A stretch of 64,000 bases of DNA from an uncultured Gammaproteobacteria bacterium (GTDB taxonomy: Bacteria; Patescibacteriota; Microgenomatia; Levybacterales; GWA1-39-11): assembly GCA_964425075.1 (NCBI GenBank), contig CAYRKM010000001.1, forward strand, positions 106,137-170,136, in the 5' to 3' direction. The notes beneath the pieces were generated by a model that saw nothing but the letters and a program-made list of their open reading frames with translations, ran no database searches and was not told where the DNA came from. Position numbers and translations under genes: made by a program. Shown piece after piece: positions 8,331 to 17,822 of this stretch; the stretch's first letter is position 1, and each line of letters begins with the position of its first letter.

Positions 8331-9245
8331 ATGAGTGAGAATATGAATGCAGAGATTGTAAATCCGGAAACGGTTCAAAAAAGTCCAGAAATTGCAGTCG
8401 TAACAGCCACATTCTATCCTCAGTGGCATGATACAAATACTGAAAGCGAGGCAACCTCTGATAAATTGAGGGGTGATTTGGCCCTTCAATCCGTTGATGC
8501 TGCCATAAACCAAGGATTTAGAGTGGCAATTGTAGATGGTGGGAGTTCTCAGGAATTTGTAGATACTTTAAAACTACGCGGTGTAGATTTTGAGGCACAA
8601 AAAGAACAAGGCGGGCAAGGACCCGCTCGGCGTCAGGCTCTAGAGATGGCAACTCGAGCTGAAGGAGTACAAGTAATTTGTCAAACTGAACCTGAAAAAG
8701 TTTCTATGGTCGCAGATTGTCTCCAAATCGCAGCCCAACCCATCTTAAATGGTGAAGCTGATATTGTGGTTCCAAAAAGAGGACCAGAAAGTTTTGCTAC
8801 TTACCCTGAGTATCAAGCTCTGCAAGAACAAAAATCTAATGCTTTATATAATAGGATTTTGCGCTCACGTGGACTATTAAAAGAGGAAGAACCTGATATT
8901 GATTTTTGGGTTGGTGTAAGGATATTTACCAATAAGCCTGAAGTTTTACAAGTTTTTACAGAAAAAGAAGAATTTGAACCCATTGATACAGAGCTGGATA
9001 AAAAGATAAGGATTGATATGTATTCAAATCCTCTTTTCTATCCTGTTGTAAAAGCTCTTTATAACGGTTTGCGAGTAAAATCAGTTGATGTGCCCTACGT
9101 TCATCCTGCCGCTCAAACCGAGCTGGAATCGGGAAATAAGGAGTTTGATAGAAAACGCGATACTCAAAGAAGAACTATTTTGACAGAATTAATACATCTT
9201 ATTCGAACAAAAGAAAACCCAAAAAAATCTCGCCTCAAACATTAA
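8331..9245 (+). CDS. hypothetical protein, possibly GT-A fold glycosyltransferase-like
   Basis: IAVVTATFYP ... RVAIVDGGSS loosely recalls the GT2 N-terminal and DxD region. Weak. Confidence 0.3.
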   Translation: MSENMNAEIVNPETVQKSPEIAVVTATFYPQWHDTNTESEATSDKLRGDLALQSVDAAINQGFRVAIVDGGSSQEFVDTLKLRGVDFEAQKEQGGQGPARRQALEMATRAEGVQVICQTEPEKVSMVADCLQIAAQPILNGEADIVVPKRGPESFATYPEYQALQEQKSNALYNRILRSRGLLKEEEPDIDFWVGVRIFTNKPEVLQVFTEKEEFEPIDTELDKKIRIDMYSNPLFYPVVKALYNGLRVKSVDVPYVHPAAQTELESGNKEFDRKRDTQRRTILTELIHLIRTKENPKKSRLKH

Positions 9246-9375
9246 TTCACCCAGAATTTAGCCCGTTCATTTAATATCCCAAATTAAATTGTAATAATTG
9301 ATCCCGTAGAAAAACAGTAAAAAAATGTCTTAGAACTTTCACTCACTTGAATTTGAAGATACTAAGCACTATTAT

Positions 9376-10110
9376 ATGGACATGAAAAAGATTGACGTAA
9401 TTATTCCTGCTGGAGGACCCGGTGGTGGTATGTATCCCTTCACTGCAGGAATGCCTAAATCTTTAATTCCAATTGATGATAAGCCGATGCTTATTCATAT
9501 ACTTGAAAATTTGGATCCAAACGTATTTAAGAGGATAATTATTGTTAGTGATAAGTTTTATCCAATGATAGTTGAATATGTAAATGCCTTTAAACACAAA
9601 ATCTCCATACCTATCGAGTTCAAGCAAATATTTCTACCCCCAACTCAAACCTTGCTAGAGCTTAGAGATGAACTTTCAGATGACTTTGCAATTCATTACT
9701 GCGATATCATAACAGGCAAGATAGCATGGAAAGATGCATATCAAAATTATTTAGATAAGAAAAAAACTGAGCCAGAACTAGCCGGAAATCTTTTTGTAAG
9801 CAAATACTACTATCTCCCTATTGGAATAGTAAGACAAGACTCAAAACAGCCTGAATATATCTCTGAATTTGTTGAAAAACCCGAAAGAATAATGCTCAAT
9901 TATGTAAATATGGCTGTTTCTATTTTTAGTAAAAAAATACTTGACGATATCAAACCATCACATATGAGTTTGTACGGAGAGTCAATTCCAAACTCAATAA
10001 CTAAAGGTAAAAAATTTATTTACGAGGAACATGGAAAATGGTATCACTTTCAAAGAATTGGAGAATGGTTTGATAACCAACACGATTTTTACGAAAACAG
10101 ATCTAAATAA
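9376..10110 (+). CDS. nucleotidyltransferase (sugar-phosphate nucleotidylyltransferase-like, NTP_transferase fold)
   Basis: N-terminal VIIPAGGPGGGMYPFTAGMPKSLIPIDDKPML resembles the G-x-G-x-R-L-x-P-L-T..PK..P-v motif of sugar nucleotidyltransferases, although GGMY replaces GTRL. Confidence 0.5.
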   Translation: MDMKKIDVIIPAGGPGGGMYPFTAGMPKSLIPIDDKPMLIHILENLDPNVFKRIIIVSDKFYPMIVEYVNAFKHKISIPIEFKQIFLPPTQTLLELRDELSDDFAIHYCDIITGKIAWKDAYQNYLDKKKTEPELAGNLFVSKYYYLPIGIVRQDSKQPEYISEFVEKPERIMLNYVNMAVSIFSKKILDDIKPSHMSLYGESIPNSITKGKKFIYEEHGKWYHFQRIGEWFDNQHDFYENRSK

Positions 10111-10112
10111 TC

Positions 10113-10955
10113 CTAATTCACCCAAAATTTAGTCCCGTCTGTAACAATTTCAATATCCCCTTTCTCATCAGTTCTTAAGTATTTTAGGTTATTTTGCTTT
10201 AAAACATCTAAAACTTCTTTATGGGGATGCCCATAGCGGTTGTTTTTGCCTGAAGAAATTATTGATAACTCCGGCTTTATGTGTGAGAAAGTTTCATTGT
10301 CCGTACCTGTATATGAGCCGTGATGGGAAAGTTTGAGAACATCAATATCTTTTTGAGTATCAATTATTGTATTCAAAATCTCTTTATCAAGATCTCCATC
10401 AAGTAGTAATTCAAAATTCCCAAACTTTACGATTTGAACTAAAGATAAATTGTTATCATCCGCCCCAACATTTTTTTCAAATTCCTTTGTTGGCCAAAGG
10501 GTAAGTATCTCGACTGAACTTGAGAATACAAATTTGTCTCCTTTGTAAATTATTTTATTTACAGAACCCTCTTTCTTGACTAATTCCTCCAAATACTCAT
10601 AGCTTTGGGCAGGAGAAGTATTGCTGCTTTTAGCATAATAAATTATTTTATAAGCCTCAAAAATACCACTTAAGCCACCATAATGATCAAGGTCAGCGTG
10701 AGTTGAGAAAACTATATCAATGGTTCTGTCCCAAAACGGCATGTGACGACTCAAGCACTCAAGCATTTTTTCATTTGCCCCTGCGTCCACTACAATATCT
10801 TTTTTGTCAGGAGTTCTTATGTAAATCCCGTCCCCCTGCCCCACGTCACAAAATACAATATGAAGCCTATTATCAGACGACTTTATGGCTTGATAAATAC
10901 TCATAGTCATTAAGACAAAAGTTGAAAATAATATTAATATGAGGTTTTTCTTCAT
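10113..10955 (-). CDS. ComEC C-terminal-type metallo-beta-lactamase-fold domain protein (separate ORF)
   Basis: HxHxDH motif (STHADLDHYGG), additional His/Asp ligands. ATGA start/stop overlap with the ComEC membrane ORF upstream. Confidence 0.7.
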   Translation of the reverse strand: MKKNLILILFSTFVLMTMSIYQAIKSSDNRLHIVFCDVGQGDGIYIRTPDKKDIVVDAGANEKMLECLSRHMPFWDRTIDIVFSTHADLDHYGGLSGIFEAYKIIYYAKSSNTSPAQSYEYLEELVKKEGSVNKIIYKGDKFVFSSSVEILTLWPTKEFEKNVGADDNNLSLVQIVKFGNFELLLDGDLDKEILNTIIDTQKDIDVLKLSHHGSYTGTDNETFSHIKPELSIISSGKNNRYGHPHKEVLDVLKQNNLKYLRTDEKGDIEIVTDGTKFWVN

Positions 10956-12142
10956 TTACCCTTTACTTTTATAATTACTGCAAGCAACAACAAATAGTAT
11001 CCTAACATCAATGGCAAAGGCAAATATGATGAATTTATACTCAAGTTTATACTGCTAAAAGTTTCGACAATTAGCCTGAAATAGAACAAAAATGGATAGG
11101 AAATTAAGAAAAACGGGTAGGAAAGCGCTGGAAATAGTAAGGAAATAAGACTACCAATCCCCGCTAGTCCCATAATCAACGGCACTGTCCATAGAATTAA
11201 AAAATTAACTGGAAAAGAAATTAGTGGAAAAGATCCAAAAGTACCAAGAAGAAGTGGAAATGTTGTGATTTGGGCAGAAACAGTTGTTGAAATATCATCT
11301 CTTATAATTGTAAACATAAAAAAGCGGTCTATGAGAGGTTTTATTACAAGAATTCCAAATGTTGCGGCAAATGAAAGTTGAAAAGAGATGTCCTCAATTA
11401 ATGTGGGTGAGAAAAGCACCATGAACCAACCTGAAAGGACCAGGAGCCAAACGCTCACCTGCTGTTTGCCCAAAAGCAATGCAGTATACGACAAAAATGC
11501 CATGATACTTGCCCTTACAATCGGCGGATCAAAACCTGCAAGAAGTGCGTAAAACAGTATAATTAAGCCTGTTGAGGCAACTGCAAACTTTCTTTTCATG
11601 AAGGATTGAAACACTGGCAACAAAAAGCCTGCAAGAATTGAAACATTTGCGCCGCTTGCCGCAACTACATGTAAAACCCCTACACTTCTAAGTTCCTCAT
11701 AATAACCTGGTGGGATTTTATCCCTAACCCCAAGTACGATTCCAAGTAATAATCCTGCTTCTTTTGCTGGCATTACTGCCATAACTGATGATGACACTCT
11801 CTGGCGGATGAATTTTGAGAGTGCTAGAAATGAACTTGAATTTTTGTATTTTGTAACCTTTGGGTTTTTTACCAACAAAAGGTCGCCATTTACTGACAAC
11901 TCTACTTCTCCTTCTAATTTTACCTTGTCTCCGTATTCAAATTTGGGAAATAGGGGTAAGGTTACCAAAACATTATCTGTGAAAAAGTATTGTGAAATAT
12001 CATTTTTTTTGGGTTCCTTAAGGAAAGTATAATCTTTAACAAAAGTCTCTCCAGGCTCAAATACGTGTCTTTCTGAATAAAAAAAGAGAAGTCTTATGGA
12101 AAGTACTATAAAAAGGATGATAAAAAGAAGAAATCGCTGCAT
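10952..12142 (-). CDS. comEC: DNA internalisation competence protein ComEC/Rec2, membrane (competence) domain
   Basis: Polytopic. LRSVGVLHVVAASGANVSILAGF matches the ComEC channel motif (..G..HL.A.SG.HV..L). Sits between comEA and the MBL-domain ORF. Confidence 0.7.
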   Translation of the reverse strand: MQRFLLFIILFIVLSIRLLFFYSERHVFEPGETFVKDYTFLKEPKKNDISQYFFTDNVLVTLPLFPKFEYGDKVKLEGEVELSVNGDLLLVKNPKVTKYKNSSSFLALSKFIRQRVSSSVMAVMPAKEAGLLLGIVLGVRDKIPPGYYEELRSVGVLHVVAASGANVSILAGFLLPVFQSFMKRKFAVASTGLIILFYALLAGFDPPIVRASIMAFLSYTALLLGKQQVSVWLLVLSGWFMVLFSPTLIEDISFQLSFAATFGILVIKPLIDRFFMFTIIRDDISTTVSAQITTFPLLLGTFGSFPLISFPVNFLILWTVPLIMGLAGIGSLISLLFPALSYPFFLISYPFLFYFRLIVETFSSINLSINSSYLPLPLMLGYYLLLLAVIIKVKGK

Positions 12143-12753
12143 TAAAAGGTGGAAATATTATCTTTTATAGCATCAAATGTTTTTTGGCCAAGCACTTTCT
12201 TCTCGATAAGCTCTTCAATTTTTACATATGGCCGATTATCTATTATTTTTTGAGCTGTAACAGGACCAATTTTTGGCAAACTTTCAAGTTGGGATGAGGA
12301 AGCTGAATTGATATTGATTAAACCCGAAAATGAGGTTGTGGAGTTCGAATTTGAGCCCGTAGAGACAATTCCAGCAACCTCCTCGCCCCTGGCTGGAATA
12401 TAAATTTTCAAACCATCGGTAACCGGTTGAGCTAGATTTAGGGCCTTTGAGATATATTCTCTATCAGCGTCAACCGAAAGTCCGCCCGCTGCAGATAAAG
12501 CATCTTGTATTCTTGAATTAGCTTTAAGCTCATAAACACCAGGTTTCTCTACACTACCTGCAACATCAATAAATATTTTTGAATTAGTATCATCTGCCTT
12601 AGCCTCTGAGGGAATAAATTCTATGTCATTTTTTGGAGGTGATAGATACTGAAATAATCCAAAAACTATTAAGATAATTGAAGCTGAAAAAAGACCAACG
12701 AAGAGAAGATTTTGACGGATAAATTTGAGTATGAATGGTTGTTCACCCTCCAT
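12142..12753 (-). CDS. comEA: ComEA-like DNA-binding competence protein (N-terminal TM anchor, C-terminal helix-hairpin-helix)
   Basis: C-terminal HhH region INSASSSQLESLPKIGPVTAQKIIDNRPY...LGQKTFDAIKD. N-terminal TM. Confidence 0.75.
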   Translation of the reverse strand: MEGEQPFILKFIRQNLLFVGLFSASIILIVFGLFQYLSPPKNDIEFIPSEAKADDTNSKIFIDVAGSVEKPGVYELKANSRIQDALSAAGGLSVDADREYISKALNLAQPVTDGLKIYIPARGEEVAGIVSTGSNSNSTTSFSGLININSASSSQLESLPKIGPVTAQKIIDNRPYVKIEELIEKKVLGQKTFDAIKDNISTF

Positions 12754-12869
12754 ACCACTAGACTAACAATAAATAGAAATGCTTGTAAAGAAGGAAAATA
12801 ACGATTTTCTTTTGCAGTTGAAACAAAAGCTTTTGGTACTTCTGGAGGTCAAAAAGACCAAATAGAAAA

Positions 12870-15869
12870 CTATTTAACCACTATATTGAGGATTTTTCCC
12901 TCTACGTATATAACTTTTACAACATCTTGCCCTTCTAAGTACTTTGAAAGTTGCTCTCTTGCCATTTTTTCTATCTTTTCCTTATCCTTTGCCTCAAGAG
13001 ACTTAACCTCAATAATAAGCCTCTTTTTACCGTTAACCTGCACTACAATATCAGCAGTTTCACTCTGAAGCATTGCGCTATCAAAGTCTGGCCATGAGCT
13101 TATGTGAATTGAGTTAGTATTTCCTAATTTCTGCCACAGCTCCTCTGTCATGTGAGGCGCAAATGGGGCCAAAAGCTTTAAATATGTCTCTTTTTCTTCT
13201 CTCATCAACCCTTCTTGAGTAGAAAGAAAGTTATACCATTCCATTAGTGAGGCTAAAGCAGTATTGTTTGTAAACTCTTCTACCTGTTTTGTTACCTTTT
13301 GAATTGTTCTGTGCATAAATCTTTTTGCTTCAATTGAAGCTTCGTTTGTCTCAGGTTTCTCGCTTATGAGTTTCCAAACTTTCTTAAGGAATCTATTCAT
13401 TCCCTCAATTCCACTATCTCTAAAGTCTCCACCCTCAGATAAAGGTGCGATAAACATTAAATAAGAGCGCAAAGTATCAGCCCCATATTTAGAGATATAT
13501 GCATCAGGAACTACCACATTGCCCTTAGACTTTGACATTTTCGCCCCATCTTTTATCACAAGGCCATTAGCAAAAAATCTGGAAAATGGTTCTTCGAAGT
13601 TCAAATATTTCAAATCGTGAAGCGCCATCGTGATAAAACGCGCATACAAAAGATGTAGCACTGAATGTTCAGCTCCGCCAATATACATATTCACAGGAAG
13701 CCATTTTTTAGTAATTTCTGTATCAAAAGGTGCGGTTTGTATATCAATTGATGGGTATCTTAAGAAATACCATGCGCTATCAAGAAACGTATCACTAACA
13801 TCAGTCTCGCGTTTAGCTGGCTTACCACACTTAGGACAATCAACTTCAAAAAACTCAGGATGGTTATCAAGGGGAGCTTTTCCTGTGCCCATTGGTTTCC
13901 AATCTTCTACATCCGGAAGCAAAACAGGCAATTTATCATCAGAAACACAATACCATCCGGGCATGTCATTACGCTCACCCTTATTGTTTGTTGCACAATT
14001 CTCACAATAAATCATCGGAATTGGTGGTCCCCAATAACGTTGTCTAGAGATAAGCCAATCTCTAAGGTGATACTGTATCTTTCTTTTGCCAATTTTCTTT
14101 GCCTCAAGCGAGCTCAAAATTTTATCAGCGTCTTCCGGCATGTGAAAACCATTCCATTCATCAGATCCTATAATTTCTCCTTTTCCCTCAAACGCTTCAC
14201 TTAATTCTCCATTCTTAATTCTTGACTCTTTATCTTGAATTACTTGGACAATCGGTAGATCATATTTCTTAGCAAACTCGAAGTCTCTCTGGTCATGAGC
14301 TGGAACTGCCATAATTGCACCCGTCCCATAGCCTGAAAGAACATAGTCTGCTACAAAAATTCGTATTTTTTTCTGATTGAGTGGATTTATGGCAAAAAGA
14401 CCAGTATCTACTCCAGTTTTTTCTTTTCCTTCTGCAGTACGCTCAATATCCGTCTTGCTCTTCGCCATTTCTATATACTCTTTAACTTCTTGACCATTGT
14501 TATTATTTGCTACTTGCTCCGCAAGCGGGTGCTCTGGTGCAATTACCATAAAAGTTGCCCCATATAATGTATCAGGCCTAGTTGTAAAGACTTTTAGGCT
14601 ATTTAGCAAAACTTCAAGTACCTTTGGCTCAATTTCTCCACAGATGTGATCATCTTTGGACTCAAAATCTATGATTTCTCCACCAATTTGTTCCTTTATG
14701 TAGTCTGCTCTCTCTTTTGGTACAGCAGTATCATTTTTAGCTCTTAACAGTACTATATTCGCCACATTTTTCTTTATGGTTTGTGTATCAAACTGTCCGA
14801 TTTGTTCCTCAAATGACTTATCATGATCTAAAAATCCTGGCTGCATAAATCCGGCTCCTAAAACTAAATTTTTAATAGGCTTTTCCAGCTTTTCAAGAAC
14901 TTTTAAGGCAACGACTGAACCAAGGCTATGCCCTAAAATTACCGTATTTTCATCAATTTGAGCATTTTTTAAAACAAATTCAGCCTGTTCATCTATATTA
15001 GGATTATCAGTATTGGGCAGGTTTTGAGCCCAAACTTTATTGCCCCTCTTTTCTAGTTCTTTCTTAAGCCATGGAAAGAAATTAGCCTCAACTGACCCAG
15101 TATATCCATGCAAAAGAACATAATTAGACTTTTCATCTACTTCAAACTCCACTTCTGCTCCTTCGCTTTTTCCTATCCAATTTCTTTGGGCAATTTTGAC
15201 CTTTTCAGTCCAATTGAGACTCTCAATATTATTTAAAAGTCTCTCAGCGTAATTTGTAATCCTAAAAAACCACTGCTCAAGCTCTTTCTTCTCCACTTTG
15301 CTTCCACATCTCTCACACTCTCCTGCTATAACCTGCTCGTCAGATAACACTGTTTGATCCTGAGGACACCAATTTACGGTCGCCTTTTTACGGTAAGCAA
15401 GGCCATTTTTAAAGAGTTGTGTGAAAAGCCATTGTGTCCATTTATAATATTCAGGGTCATAAGTTTCAATTGTCCTATTCCAATCAAATGAATTTCCAAT
15501 ACTTTTAAGTTGGCGGTAGAAGTTAGACTCTGCTATTTCAGCCTGAACTTTTGGATGACGGCCCACTTTCATGGCATAGTTTTCACTATGGATTCCAAAT
15601 CCATCAAGCCCAATTGGCTCGAAAACATCATTTCCCTTCATTCTCTGGTAACGCCCATATACATCAGCGCCTGTAAAAGCGTACATATTACCCACGTGAA
15701 GACCCTCAGCTGAAGGGTACAGGAACATCATGAGGTTGAAAAAAGGTTTTTTTGCGTTGATTATATTTGGAGAATACAATTTATCACTCTCCCAAACTTC
15801 CTGCCATTTGGCTTCAATTTCTGAGTGGTTATACTCCTTTTTTGAACTGTTTTGTTTATCTTGTGCCAT
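12870..15869 (-). CDS. leuS: leucyl-tRNA synthetase with an inserted alpha/beta-hydrolase (RBBP9/YdeN-type serine hydrolase) domain preceding the CP1 editing domain
   Basis: HIGH-type motif LHVGNMYAFTGADVYGRY. KMSKS motif (KMSKSKGN). CP1 editing signature TTRPDTLYGATFMVIAPEHP...GTGAIMAVPAHDQRD. Anticodon-binding and C-terminal domains present. About 175 extra residues (aa ~250-426) carry GHSLG plus Asp and His. Confidence 0.9.
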   Translation of the reverse strand: MAQDKQNSSKKEYNHSEIEAKWQEVWESDKLYSPNIINAKKPFFNLMMFLYPSAEGLHVGNMYAFTGADVYGRYQRMKGNDVFEPIGLDGFGIHSENYAMKVGRHPKVQAEIAESNFYRQLKSIGNSFDWNRTIETYDPEYYKWTQWLFTQLFKNGLAYRKKATVNWCPQDQTVLSDEQVIAGECERCGSKVEKKELEQWFFRITNYAERLLNNIESLNWTEKVKIAQRNWIGKSEGAEVEFEVDEKSNYVLLHGYTGSVEANFFPWLKKELEKRGNKVWAQNLPNTDNPNIDEQAEFVLKNAQIDENTVILGHSLGSVVALKVLEKLEKPIKNLVLGAGFMQPGFLDHDKSFEEQIGQFDTQTIKKNVANIVLLRAKNDTAVPKERADYIKEQIGGEIIDFESKDDHICGEIEPKVLEVLLNSLKVFTTRPDTLYGATFMVIAPEHPLAEQVANNNNGQEVKEYIEMAKSKTDIERTAEGKEKTGVDTGLFAINPLNQKKIRIFVADYVLSGYGTGAIMAVPAHDQRDFEFAKKYDLPIVQVIQDKESRIKNGELSEAFEGKGEIIGSDEWNGFHMPEDADKILSSLEAKKIGKRKIQYHLRDWLISRQRYWGPPIPMIYCENCATNNKGERNDMPGWYCVSDDKLPVLLPDVEDWKPMGTGKAPLDNHPEFFEVDCPKCGKPAKRETDVSDTFLDSAWYFLRYPSIDIQTAPFDTEITKKWLPVNMYIGGAEHSVLHLLYARFITMALHDLKYLNFEEPFSRFFANGLVIKDGAKMSKSKGNVVVPDAYISKYGADTLRSYLMFIAPLSEGGDFRDSGIEGMNRFLKKVWKLISEKPETNEASIEAKRFMHRTIQKVTKQVEEFTNNTALASLMEWYNFLSTQEGLMREEKETYLKLLAPFAPHMTEELWQKLGNTNSIHISSWPDFDSAMLQSETADIVVQVNGKKRLIIEVKSLEAKDKEKIEKMAREQLSKYLEGQDVVKVIYVEGKILNIVVK

Positions 15870-16216
15870 GTTTTAATTGTAAATTGCCCCCCTGGCGAGC
15901 CTCGCCTTTGGCGGGAAAACTGTGAATTAGCTTCGAAATTCAATACGACTTTATAATCGTTATATCCGACATTACTTTATTATAAGGCATATTTCATTGA
16001 AAATTGAAAATTGAAAAATGAAAATTGCACTCTAGTATACCAAATGAGGCTAAAAAAACACCATGCAATTTACTCCAGGATATATAATTATGGTATAATT
16101 ACTTCCTTAGCAACCCGGTTCTGACACGCAAAAAGCTTGCGCTTATTAGGACTGTGGATGCAGTTCTTTGACAGCGTAGGTTAACACCAACGATAACTCG
16201 CTATAGGAGGTAAAAC

Positions 16217-16489
16217 ATGCCGCTCCTGATTGCTCTGTGGCTGATGTCCTGCATCGGCATTGGAGTACGAACGTACTCCAATCCGAAGGACATTAAGGGC
16301 ATCGCAATTGCGTTTGGACTTTGTGCTGTCCCACTCACGTGGGCATTCGGCAACGGTCCGGCCGCAATCATCATTGCGGTCTCTTTCCTCGTCTGTATTC
16401 TCTTTGGAGCCTGGCTTCGAAGATATTACGGCGAGGAGATCAACCAGTTCTTGTGCAGGCTCGAGGAGAAATTCTACGAGCTGAAATAA
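16217..16489 (+). CDS. small membrane protein in a GC-rich island (hypothetical)
   Basis: Strong SD (TAGGAGGTAAAACATG). Two to three TM helices. GC-rich relative to flanks. Confidence 0.5.
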   Translation: MPLLIALWLMSCIGIGVRTYSNPKDIKGIAIAFGLCAVPLTWAFGNGPAAIIIAVSFLVCILFGAWLRRYYGEEINQFLCRLEEKFYELK

Positions 16490-16544
16490 TGCAGACTAGA
16501 AAACCCAGCGACCAATACCCAACCTGAAAGGAAGGGATGAACAG

Positions 16545-17084
16545 ATGCGACCAGGAAAAGAAACCGTCAAGAACGCAGGCTTTGTTACTATCGTGGCAAC
16601 GTTTACGATCATGATTGGGGTACTCTTTGTGGCTTCTGGAGAGAAACCAGAACCTGCAACGAGCTCCAGGGCCAAAGTTGACCTCCAGTTGTTGGCCTCG
16701 CCAACAACTGTACCAACACTGCTTCCTGCAGCTTCTCGCTGTTCTGAAGCAATATACATATACCCTCAAGGCGTAATTCTATTCCACAACTTGGATCCAT
16801 ATCCTGTCGATGGATTCGATTTCCAAGTCTGCACAACAGACAGGATGACGCCGATAACAGCTGCTGATATGATGGTCGCAGCTAACGAGGGGCAACTCGC
16901 AATGGAGGAAAGTCTCCTCTGGGATCCAGACCTTCTAATGAGAGTATTCTTAGAAGCGGCTGTCCCAAGGATATCGCAACTCCATCCCGAGCTAAGAGGG
17001 CTGCTTCTGGAGACATACTTCCAGTTCATACCTAAAGGAGGAGTCATCCCCACAGCGACAGCAACATCAAGACCCTCTACATAG
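16545..17084 (+). CDS. hypothetical N-terminally TM-anchored protein in a GC-rich island
   Basis: N-terminal TM (FVTIVATFTIMIGVLFVASG). Same GC-rich block as 16217..16489. Overlapping ORFs in other frames are treated as GC shadows. Confidence 0.45.
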   Translation: MRPGKETVKNAGFVTIVATFTIMIGVLFVASGEKPEPATSSRAKVDLQLLASPTTVPTLLPAASRCSEAIYIYPQGVILFHNLDPYPVDGFDFQVCTTDRMTPITAADMMVAANEGQLAMEESLLWDPDLLMRVFLEAAVPRISQLHPELRGLLLETYFQFIPKGGVIPTATATSRPST

Positions 17085-17124
17085 GGGCGGCACATCGATT
17101 GGCTAAGAAACCTACGCGACTAGA

Positions 17125-17165
17125 CTCCCGCTTTGCCCTAACCGGCTGAGCGGGAGAAACCCTTT
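17125..17165 (+). terminator. stem-loop (CTCCCGCT ... AGCGGGAG, 8-bp stem) followed by a short T-run; terminator-like, closes the GC-rich island
   Basis: Perfect 8-bp inverted repeat 17125-17132/17149-17156, then AAACCCTTTT. Confidence 0.35.
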
Positions 17166-17213
17166 TAAAGCCCCAAACTTGAACTTTCTATATAAATCCA
17201 CTACGATTAAATT

Positions 17214-17822
17214 ATGCCGCTACTCTTTCAATCAATATCAATTCTCTCATCCATATTCTTTGTTTATTTAGTACAAAACTCTGTATTTAGCAGTTATTCT
17301 TCGTATCTGCTAGCCCTCCTAATTATCTTTTCAATTATCTATACTACGCTCAAAAAACGCTCAAAATCAGCTAATACTCTTTTTTCTGGCACTCCTATGG
17401 AGTTGTTTGCTAGTAGCAGCATAATTCTTTTGATAATTAGCCTTACAGGCAATATTTCCTCCCCTCTCTTCTTCTTTCTATACTTTTTATTAATAATGCT
17501 TGTTTTTCTTTCAGGCCCAATTAGCACTCTCATATTTGCTTTGGGATTAACTCTATACTTTTTACCTGAAACCTTAAATAATCCTGTCCCTGAAAACATT
17601 GTAAAACTAGCTTCATTTATTCTTTTAGCTCCAATCGGATACTTTATAGGGCGGGAATTTGAAAACAGAAAGGTGCTTGATGAAAAAATTGAAGCTAAAA
17701 CTGAGGAAATTATACAAGAAGCTCAAAATCTTAAAGAAGCGTCAAAGCAGCCTGATGAAGAAGAAGCTTTGGACGAAATTATCGAAGAGGCAGAAAGTTT
17801 GAGGCAAGACAGTGAAAAATGA
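17214..17822 (+). CDS. polytopic membrane protein with acidic coiled-coil C-terminal tail, hypothetical; ATGA-overlaps the next gene
   Basis: Four to five hydrophobic helices. C-terminus EEEALDEIIEEAESLRQDSEK. Stop overlaps the start of 17819..18595. Confidence 0.5.
   Translation: MPLLFQSISILSSIFFVYLVQNSVFSSYSSYLLALLIIFSIIYTTLKKRSKSANTLFSGTPMELFASSSIILLIISLTGNISSPLFFFLYFLLIMLVFLSGPISTLIFALGLTLYFLPETLNNPVPENIVKLASFILLAPIGYFIGREFENRKVLDEKIEAKTEEIIQEAQNLKEASKQPDEEEALDEIIEEAESLRQDSEK

Noticed and set aside
15870-16216. T-box riboswitch upstream of leuS
   Set aside because: No T-box sequence (AATTAGGGTGGTACCGCG-like) or specifier/antiterminator arrangement was recognisable. Only a heptamer repeat and short GC hairpins.
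16260-17095. Several overlapping ORFs (16260..16484 +, 16321..16527 +, 16440..16769 -, 16496..16759 -, 16609..16836 -, 16766..17095 -) in the GC-rich island
   Set aside because: Typical stop-codon-poor shadow frames of GC-rich DNA. Only 16217..16489 (strong SD, TM helices) and 16545..17084 (N-terminal TM) were kept.
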